Assembly (NCBI GenBank): GCA_964016885.1
Contig: OZ024741.1
Span: 117,862,001 to 117,926,000 of the forward strand
From: Eledone cirrhosa
Taxonomy: Eukaryota
Direction: 5' to 3'
DNA length: 64,000 bases
Below are positions 53,802-64,000 of this stretch, one piece after another. How positions within the stretch are numbered: position 1 is the stretch's first letter; every line of letters starts with the position of its first letter. The position numbers were made by a program, and so were the translations under genes. Below the pieces are notes generated by a model. The model was given only the letters and a program-made list of their open reading frames with translations, did no database searches and had not been told where the DNA came from.

Positions 53802-54128
53802 GTGGCGGACTAGGTCTAAAAAATTGGTTGCCAGATGAAGGGCGCCCACCTACATATAGAGCTTAGAGCCACACACTCTCAGAGGCCCAGTATTTAAAAG
53901 TATATTTTTATTTTATCATTAGAATTACATTTAATTTTTATAATGAATAAATAACATTTTCAAAAAATACATAAGTGGAAACAAAACAGTGAAATCAAAT
54001 TTTTGCGGAAAAATATTTTACCTTCCCCAATAAAAAAATATCTATTTTGCGAAATCCAGAGACTTTCAATAATGACCTTTGATCTTTCACACTCATTCAA
54101 TATATATATATATATGTGTGTGTGTGTG

Positions 54129-54275
54129 ATGACCCTTTGGAGCTTGGAATCAGCTGCGAAGAGTCATATGCTGCTGTGCTTGATGATGTCAGTAATGTCA
54201 TTAATGTAGATGATGAAAAGAAGTGGGCCCAACACAGTGCCTTGTGGGACATCACTGCTGACTTTGGCTGGATAA
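54129..54275 (-). mobile_element. CR1/L2-like RT fragment
   Basis: SDVPQGTVLGPLLFIIYINDI. Confidence 0.75.
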
Positions 54276-54473
54276 AAGGCAAATTTGACCTCGGTAGAAT
54301 TTGAACTCAGGCTGTAAAGGGCCGTAACTCTATGCTGCAAAGCATGGCGTCGAACCTCTGCCAATCCATCCATTGGCGGTGGATCATAATAGTAGGGAAT
54401 TTGTTGAAGAGATGGCCGTCTTCTGTAAAGAAGTGGCAGTTATCAGTTATCCACTTCACAGTGAAGTGAAGTA

Positions 54474-54697
54474 AAAGAGTGAGGACGATAGAAAGTTACC
54501 ATACCAATTTTTCATGATCCCAGATATTTTCGGATTTGCCATCTATTATCAAGAAAAGTTAGTATGGGGTACTTTAGAGAGAAACCTGAAAAATGCCTCT
54601 CTGAGGTCCCCACTACGGATTCCCCTTGATAATGAATGGAAAATCCGAAAAAAATGGGATCATTAAAAATTGTAACTTTCTATCGTCCTCACTCTTT
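54474..54697 (+). repeat. Older, diverged fold-back palindrome with a candidate TTGATAA-core HHR
   Basis: AAAGAGTGAGGACGATAGAAAGTTAC / GTAACTTTCTATCGTCCTCACTCTTT; TCCCC-TTGATAA...ATCC-GAAA...TGGGA. Confidence 0.6.
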
Positions 54698-54910
54698 AAC
54701 TGCGTTCTTTTTATTCTTCTACTTTCTTATTATCTATAGCCCGCCCAGCACGTGGGGTGGCGCCATGTAAAAAGAATAATGTGAAAAGACAGGCTTTTGT
54801 TCCTTGCCTGACAATCGGATATGAGGTAATAGCTAAAACCAGTCAGCACAAAACCAAATTAGACAACTGATTATTTTTGCAAACACACCTATTTTTTAAT
54901 TTCTTTTACG

Positions 54911-55080
54911 GGAGGCGTGTGGCGTAGTGGGTAGTGTGTTCTGTTCATGATCGTAAGATTGTGAGTTCCATTCCCGGACTGGTCGGTACGTTTTGTCCTT
55001 GAGCAAAATGCATTATTTCACATTGCTTCAGTCCACTCAGCTGGAGAAAAATGAGTTACACCCGTAATTCAAGGGGTCAT
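54911..55080 (+). mobile_element. tRNA-derived SINE
   Basis: GGAGGCGTGTGGCGTAGTGG A box, degenerate B box, CCTTGAGCAA core. Confidence 0.78.
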
Positions 55081-55330
55081 GTGTTATTGTAATGGAGCTT
55101 AACCTCTCCAGTGTGTATAGCCGTACTTACCATGCTTGGCCATTCGTGGGTTGATGAGGCTATTTAACCTATAGTTGGGGTGGATGGTCGTTGAATCTGT
55201 GGAGTTCAGCCGCCCTTTGACAGCAGTTGTTTTTTGTGCAGCTGGGTTTCCACTTACGCTCCTAACCCCACCAGGGTCTGGTGGGGGAGTCGATTTAGTC
55301 ACAGACCACCAGACCATGAAATATATATAT

Positions 55331-55531
55331 ATAGGAACGAGTAGGACCCCGATGGCTGAGCTCAAGCCGTTTCGACGGCTAATTCTGGACTAGTCCAGAA
55401 TTAGGCGTCGAAACGGCTTGAGCTCAGCCATCGGGGTCCTACTCGTTCCTATTACCCACTCTACTACCCTAAGTATTGAGTACTTTGGTGCGTTATGGTC
55501 CACCTGGTTCCTTACCACATTTCTTCCGTTA
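55331..55531 (+). mobile_element. Spacerless palindrome (55331-55452) plus 79-bp tail, GAGCTCAGCCGTC family
   Basis: Centre GACTAGTC at 55391/2; one mismatch between arms. Confidence 0.9.
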
Positions 55532-55776
55532 TATATATATATATATATATACGTGTGTGTATAAAACAACCGCATTTTTAAAGAAGCGTTGAGCGAATTA
55601 TGCATTTTGAATATAGGTTTACTTTCAGTTAATGGCTTCAACGCAGTTTTTTTTACTGGAGACGGAAAAAATGTCCACATTTTGCCTACTCTAGGGGCTT
55701 ATATGCCCAACTAGTTTAACTACTTTCACAGTAAAAAGCCTGCGTATGTCTAAGGCACACAAACACACACAAACAC

Positions 55777-55911
<135 letters not shown>

Positions 55912-56235
55912 TATATATTAGGGGTGCATGTGGAAGCATATACTATATACAATATTTTTATCTCTTTTACTTAGTGAACATGTCACAGATATTTCAGTAG
56001 CCTCTGAGAATATCTGACATCTGTTTCAAGATTCGCTAATCTCTCATCAGTGTCATTCACAACCAACCCCTCTTTATATATATATAAAGAGTCGGGACCC
56101 GATGGCTGAGCTCTTGCTGTTTCCAGACTAGCTGTTGAAACGGGTCCCGATTCTTTATAATATACCAGACTCTACTACCCCAAGTATCGAGTACTCTGTT
56201 GAGTAATGGTCTAATTAGTTTCAAATTGGTTCTAT

Positions 56236-56334
<99 letters not shown>

Positions 56335-56585
56335 TCGAAGAGATTGTTTTGGTAAAAACAGGAGCAAGCAGGAGAAAGGTTTCAACATTCGTAGTTTGTA
56401 GTTACGATGGAGATTCAGCATATCACTAAAATGGATTCATCTGAGGATACCGTTCTCACAACAACAACAAATGCATGAAAGACTTCTTGATTGCATGGGA
56501 GAACCGTTGAAATAATTATGATGATTAAACGATTTATGTAACATCAGCATCTTTACTTTGGTTATTTTTATATATATACTTATAT

Positions 56586-56737
56586 AGAAATGGCTTCTAC
56601 AGGACTAGAACTGATGATTTCCTTCGAATGAAACAGTTCTAGTCCTGTAGAAGCCATTTCTGTTTTAAATCGTGTATATACTCTACTAATGTATTAAGTA
56701 CCATACTTATTGTGATTACCCCCGATTGAACCCGGGA

Positions 56738-56740
<3 letters not shown>
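56586..56740 (+). mobile_element. Mini fold-back (56586-56661) joined at the HHR core, plus tail
   Basis: AGAAATGGCTTCTACAGGACTAGAACTG|ATGA...GAAACAGTTCTAGTCCTGTAGAAGCCATTTCT. Confidence 0.85.
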
Positions 56741-56806
<66 letters not shown>

Positions 56807-56837
56807 AGAACAAAAAATGGTTAAAAGAGTTCCATGT

Positions 56838-56906
56838 ATTTTATTATGCGCATTTCAAAAACAAACATCATCATGCAATAATATTTGTGTTTTCATCAGA
56901 TAAAAC
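56838..56906 (-). ncRNA. Hammerhead ribozyme at the 3' end of the minus-strand PLE
   Basis: GTTTTAT-CTGATGA-[stem II ACAAATATT/GATGTTTGT]-GAAA-TGCGCA-TA-ATAAAAT. Confidence 0.82.
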
Positions 56907-57845
56907 AGGAAGACATCACTTGTGGATAGTTCAGTTTTAAATCAACATATGAGAAGTAGTTTTAGATTGATGTGTGATATTGGGAAACATATTTTATTTA
57001 GAGGGGGGGGGATGAAAAACAGGAGGAGATGAGAGTAAAAAGTGGAGAGGGAGGAGTATAATGAGGAAGGATGAGATAGGAGGAGAGATGGGTGATAGAG
57101 AGAGAGAGATAGCTTTTATAACTGAGAAAGATATATTGTTTTACATAGAGAGGTTGAAAACCGTTGGAAGATAATGTATAAATTAAAAGAATTTGAAAAT
57201 TAACGAAGAGAAAAAAATAATGTAAAGTTAAGGTTTGTATATTTAAGGGTTTGATAATATGTGCGATGAAAAAGAAAATGTTAATATGTATTAAGAATAA
57301 TATTTAAGGGTTTAATAATATGTGCGATGGAAAGAAAGTGTTAATATGTATTAAGAATAATATTTAAGGGTTTAATAATATGTGCGATGGAAAGAAAATG
57401 TTGATATGTATTATTAAAAAAACAAAAGTAATGTAAGTAAGGATATATTGTGAGATGAGCATGAGTAAGTTAGATGAAAGGGAGAAAAAAATAATGAATT
57501 GAGGATGAATAATCTAACGTCAAAAAAAATGTTTATGTTTACGAAGGATTTTTTCAAGGTGATATAAAGTAAGAATATATTGTATTGTGTAATAATTGTT
57601 TCAATGTTAGGCAAAGTGAGAAAAGGTACAGATTAGGGGTTAGAAATTAAAAGAAAAAGAAAAGAAAAGGAAAAGGAAGAAAGGGAAGTGATAAATAGGA
57701 GTGATATAGAATGAGTAACAAGTATTATATAATGTATAATAAATAACTTTGAAATAAGGTAGAAAGATGGGTATATTTTTAAAGAAGTATATATATATAT
57801 ATGTGCCTTTGAGAAAAGGATTCTAAATTGATAAAGTATTGGATA

Positions 57846-59650
57846 TTAGCTGTAGACTTTATGGAATGTTCTATGGAATTTATGCAAGCAGAGAGAAAAC
57901 AAGTCAGTGCGTCTATTTATTATAGAATCTAAATTAGATATAATGGTAAATTTTTCATTTAGACAGATATTGCAAGTCTTGGATAGAGAACTGTTCAAGT
58001 ATGTCGAAGCAGAGGAAACCTTTTTCCAAGAGATGTTATATTTAATATTTTTGTCTTTCAAGGACCATATGAGTTCTGAGAGAGCCGTGTTGGTTCTTTT
58101 AAGTTGGTATTTAAAAGACGAATGATGATTATAAAGACGAGCTTTAAAAGAGGTGGAAGTGGAGCCAAAATAGGTGAAGGAATTGGTGTCAGTAATAACT
58201 TTACATTCGTAGATTAAGTTTTTATCAAGACAATGGTTGTTGAGAGGACATTTATTTTTAACATGGCAATTGCAATTGCGATTAGAGAGATTATTAACGA
58301 GTGACCTAGTATTATCTATAGAAGGAATTGGATTGGAGAAGTTATTTACGATAGGAATAATAGTTTCTTGATTTAGAATGGGATTAAGAACATTTAGCGA
58401 AGTTGTGTTTGACGTTGTATTTGGGTTTGCAGAAATTAGCCTAGAGTTTACAATGACGTCGGGAGTGCTATTACTATTATTATGATATTCAGTGTTGGAA
58501 GGAAGAGATTTAGTATTTAGTATTTTATTGTTGTGTTTAGAGATAATGTTGGAAATGTTGGAGGATGTCGAACAGGAAAATTTTATAGTGTGTTTGTTAA
58601 ATATTTTACTATATATATGTGAAGGAGGGAAGCATTTATTTAAGGCACTAAAGAATAATTTAGGAATATTATTATTAATAGAGATGGAGAAAGGAGCATT
58701 ATACCAGATTATGTTTTTGTATCTAGGTCTTTTATTAAAGTTATTGGAATGATCATGATTAATTATTCTACTGTAAGATCTTCTAGAATTCGTTTCTTGA
58801 CTAGATTTGATTTTATCAGGATAGCCGGCTTTAGAAAGCGCGTTATTATAGTAATTGGCGTTAGCATCAAAGATATTTGTATTAGAAGATAGGTTAGATA
58901 TTCTTTTTCCAATATTACTAACTATAGCATTCTTAATATTAGTGGGGTGGTTAGATCTAAAATTAACATAATTTAGGTTCTCATTGTTTTTATGGTAAGG
59001 GTAATATAGGCCAGTGTCAAGATTAGGAGATACATCCAAGAAATTAGCTAGTTTGATGCTGTTATCAAATTCAATTTTTAATTTATGTTGGTTAAAGAGA
59101 TTACGTATATTGTTCTTAATAATATTAAGGTTAACTATGTTGCAATTTAAGATAGTAAAGAGTCCATCGTCACGATAAATTCCACCGCGAAGTTGAGGAA
59201 TTTTCCGACTCAAAGAGTTCAAAATAAAGATACCAATTAAATCTGTCAATTGGGATGAATCGGATGCTCCCATTGTGATGTCGAAGTTGTTAGAGGTATC
59301 AGCTCTGGTCCAATATTCATTGTTGAATTCTAGGATGGTTTTACGTGCGGTGAGAATGTTGTGAAGTTCATCTGTGGTGATGTCAGAATATTTAAATGCG
59401 AAAGATAGAGCATTGTTGAGAAGTGAAGGCGAAATAGAAGAATAGTAGCTGGCAATATCAAATTGAACAAATTTTAGTTTGTTTTTATTATTCAATTTGT
59501 TGAACCAGCCAATCACTTCAGAAGTACCAAACCATAAATTTAAGTTCAAAGAAGAGCAATTAGAACGAACCTGTGGGATAATTCTATCCAAGATGGCTTT
59601 ACTAACAACCCCCAGATCTGATTTAGAGGGGGCGATTAATCTAACACGTA
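57846..59650 (-). CDS. Penelope-like RT plus GIY-YIG (Hydra-clade-like), 5'-truncated; element spans ~56807-59718
   Basis: [58 protein letters not shown]...[16 protein letters not shown]. Confidence 0.92.
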
Positions 59651-59714
59651 GTACAGTACGAAAATTGTTTTATTGTAAGAGACTATTTTGAGTTTCTAAC
59701 TCAATATATACCTT

Positions 59715-59840
<126 letters not shown>

Positions 59841-59873
59841 ATATATATACATATATATATATATATACATATT

Positions 59874-59913
<40 letters not shown>

Positions 59914-60610
59914 TCTAGGGCGGGTAAAATTCCCGAGATCCATAGACGAGTTCTCTCCAGCGGTCTCTGTCCCTCATTATCGCTGCAATGTCCTGCGTCT
60001 CCAACAGACCAGTGTCTGTCCTTAGGGCATCAACATATGTTAACCTCGGTCTTCCACTTCCAGTGTGTACATGCAGGGGCTCGCACGGGAGCTCTGAGTT
60101 TTTCATCCTCAGTGTATACTGATTAATGTTCAGAGCCATCCTCAGCATTCTCGTGCAGCACCCATCCACCATCTGAGTGAGTTTCTTGGTCAGTGTCCAT
60201 GTCCCAGGCCCGTAGAGCAGCACAGACCCCACTACAGCAACGAAGAGGCGGATCTTCAGGTATTTACGAACATCCGACTTCCACACCGATCTCAAGCTGT
60301 GGCACGCCGCCCAGGCTTTGCTCTTCCTCTCTAGCACATCATCTTCCGTGTTCCCAATCTTTGCTCCCAAATACAGGAAGTCCTCAACCAATTCTAGCGG
60401 CTTCCCGCCTACATTAGTAATCTTCTCTGGCTTCTTAATACTCTCACCAGATATTTCGTCTTCATCTCATTCATTCTCAGCCCCACACTCATCGACACAG
60501 TCTCCACCTCCCGCATCAAATCCTCTTCCCCCTTCACTGTGTTTGTCACCAAAACTATGTCGTCGGCAAATTCAGCATCCGATATCTTTTTCGCCTTAAC
60601 TCTCCTGCTT
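59914..60610 (-). mobile_element. RTE-like LINE 3' fragment, same family as 1640-2576
   Basis: [24 protein letters not shown]; ends CCGCCCTAG into (TA)n. Confidence 0.88.
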
Positions 60611-61949
60611 TAAGACGGTCCTGGGTATGACATTAAACTACATCCAGTGGCAAGGCTCCAGTTCGGGAGTTCAGGAGCTGTGGGGAATGTGGAGTTACCC
60701 CTTAGTTGTCATAACTCCCAGGTCTGCTCTGGCCCGGAGTAGTAGTACCTGTTAGGGCCACATTTATGGGTTACCTCGCCCTCAAACCCCATAATGACCC
60801 GGGGGGGGTAGACTAGGGCTATAACACCCCACTTGCCGATTTTGCAATGGGTAACCCCTGCTTGCCAAGGGAGACGTAAGATCTTCTTTGTATTCTTTTA
60901 TCGCTTCCTTTATTTCCTTCCTTCCCCCTCTCTCCTTAGTCCTTCTACCCCAGCTCTTCTCCTTTGTCGGCGTCTTTTCTCGCCCACCCGAGGCTGCCCT
61001 TTGGCCCCTTGTAGCCTTAGTACCCCCACCCCCTCCCCTAGTCTAGGATAGATTTGGCGGACTCCGCCCTTTATAGCAGTTGGTTTAGACCCCGGATACT
61101 TGTCCCCTTTTTCCGACCGCTCCCACTATTCTCTGTGCCCTCTATATTTCTTAGTGGCACTTATGCCTTATTTTTTCGTTTCAGTATTTCTTTCTTCGCT
61201 TTTCTTTTGGGCGGGGTGGATTCTGAATTTATTCTTCCGTATTCTACCTTTACTTCGTACGAACTTTCATGTAGCTTGTTTTAGATCTTTTAGAGTTAGC
61301 ATTAGTATATATTTTTCTCGGGACTCAGAATTATTATCTCGTATTAGTTCACTTTGCTGCACTGGGTGGTTGCTGGAATTGTGCCCGGGATGGAAACCTT
61401 TATTGTTTATTTCGTGGTAGTCTCTTTAGTATTTTGGCCCCTTTTGTTGACCCGTCACGGTATCATTTACGTACTTATACCTCTTAAAAGGGTCCTCGCC
61501 TATTCCGTCCCACCTAGTTCTTTTACTTATTTCGTTATTTCTTTATTTCTTTCTTTACTTCTTTCTTTATTTATTTATTTATTTATTCTAGACTAACAAT
61601 AGCTAGAGACCTAGGTCGTAGAATTTAATTTACTTTACTTTTTTCTTTACACTCATTTGTTTTTCTTTACACTTATTTGCTTTTCTTCACTCTCAGTATT
61701 TTTTCTTTCCTATATATTTCTACCCCCCATTGTTCTACCTACCGTTCCGACTTCCTCCCCTTCCCCCTCCCCTGTATCTTCTTTGACCTCATGCCCAGCT
61801 GTAACTGGCACTACAAACGCTTGATTGGGGCTACTCCACCCCCTCCCCTCTTTCTCTTACTGGCAGGTTTAGCCACCATCTCCCCTACTAATTTGCAACC
61901 ACAGAATTACTACCGATTTTTGACAATCACTTTGACCATATATGGAATT

Positions 61950-62043
61950 ACCCCTTGAGAAGATCGGCTATTTAAATACCAGGATAAATTTTCATTTAGT
62001 CCAGAATTAGCCGTCGAAACGGCTTGAGCTCAGCTGCCGGGGT
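61950..62043 (+). ncRNA. Variant (U3:A8) hammerhead ribozyme; only complete copy of the GAGCTCAGCCGTC family, at the end of a long pyrimidine-rich UTR-like tract (~60775-62136)
   Basis: ACCCC-TTGAGAA-GATCGGCTA...TAGCCGTC-GAAA-CGGC(TTGAGCTCA)GCTG-CC-GGGGT; the 19.4-kb sister copy has GCCG-TC (GUC). Confidence 0.72.
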
Positions 62044-62134
62044 CTTACTGGTTCCTATTACCCACTCTACTACCTCAAGTATTGAGTACTTTGGTGCGTT
62101 ATGGTCCACCTGGTTCTTTACCACATTTCCTTCG

Positions 62135-63298
<1,164 letters not shown>

Positions 63299-63428
63299 CA
63301 GGTAAGTATTTTTTCTTGATTATAAGATTGTATTACTTATCCAAAATCTTACGTTAAAAATTTTTCATCTTGATGTTATATGTCTGAATTATTGTTGGCT
63401 TTTTGCTTACATTAATCTCTCTATTTTC

Positions 63429-63487
<59 letters not shown>

Positions 63488-63490
<3 letters not shown>

Positions 63491-63941
63491 GATATTAAAT
63501 AAATGGAAACTATATTTATAAAACCATATTTATTTCATTATATATATTTCAGGGATATCATATTAACAATATGTTATGCCTTCTTCAGACAAAATACAAT
63601 ATAGACAGTTTTATAGATAAATAGATTTGACATACCGTTCAACATCGACTTGTATTTGAAAAAGTTGATTTGGCAGTCAATGTTGATTTGGCAGTCGATG
63701 TTGAACGGTATGTCAAATCTATTTATCTATAAAACTGTCTATATTGTATTTTGTCTGAAGAAGGCATAACATATTGTTAATATGATATCCCTGAAATATA
63801 TATAATGAAATAAATATGGTTTTATAAATATAGTTTCCATTTATTTAATATCGTAAATATACTCCAAATACTTGTTGAGTGCTTTTATATCAGTTATAAA
63901 TATTTACTAGTTGTAACCCAACAATTTAAATATAACTTTCC
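63488..63941 (+). mobile_element. Fold-back palindrome (63488-63855) plus tail; paralog of 27121-27580
   Basis: ~160-bp arms, different centre from the 27-kb copy, same tail. Confidence 0.9.
63748..63811 (+). ncRNA. Hammerhead ribozyme (mirror 63532-63595, minus)
   Basis: ATTTTGT-CTGAAGA-AGG..CATATT(GTT)AATATG..CCT-GAAA-TATATA-TA-ATGAAAT. Confidence 0.85.
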
Positions 63942-64000
63942 ATATATATATATATATATATGGTCGTGATTTTTCACGAGTACTCTATCTCAAAATTATT

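Overview
Very AT-rich, (TA)n-saturated eukaryotic repeat DNA. The SINE, RTE and Penelope repertoire resembles a coleoid cephalopod, most likely octopus (inference). I found no credible host protein-coding gene; most ORF-track entries are microsatellite translations. Recognisable elements: several Penelope-like retroelements (PLEs; RT plus C-terminal GIY-YIG) at about 4.7, 30.3, 41.6, 46.7 and 57.8 kb; two RTE-type LINE families; a DD37D (maT) transposon; a decayed Helitron plus three non-autonomous ones; a decayed LTR element; hAT and mariner MITEs; tRNA-derived SINEs. The most striking signal is non-coding. Read by eye, about 25-30 hammerhead ribozyme (HHR) motif instances from more than 10 unrelated sequence families occur in 64 kb. 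They sit in (i) short fold-back palindromes with a one-sided tail inserted in (TA)n, (ii) a 2.6-copy tandem array of a ~560-bp HHR-containing unit (retrozyme-like) nested in a PLE 3' region, and (iii) PLE termini. Up to four families appear to use a compensatory U3:A8 core (TTGAnAA) instead of C3:G8 (CTGAnGA). All folds were paired by hand and none has been tested computationally or biochemically.
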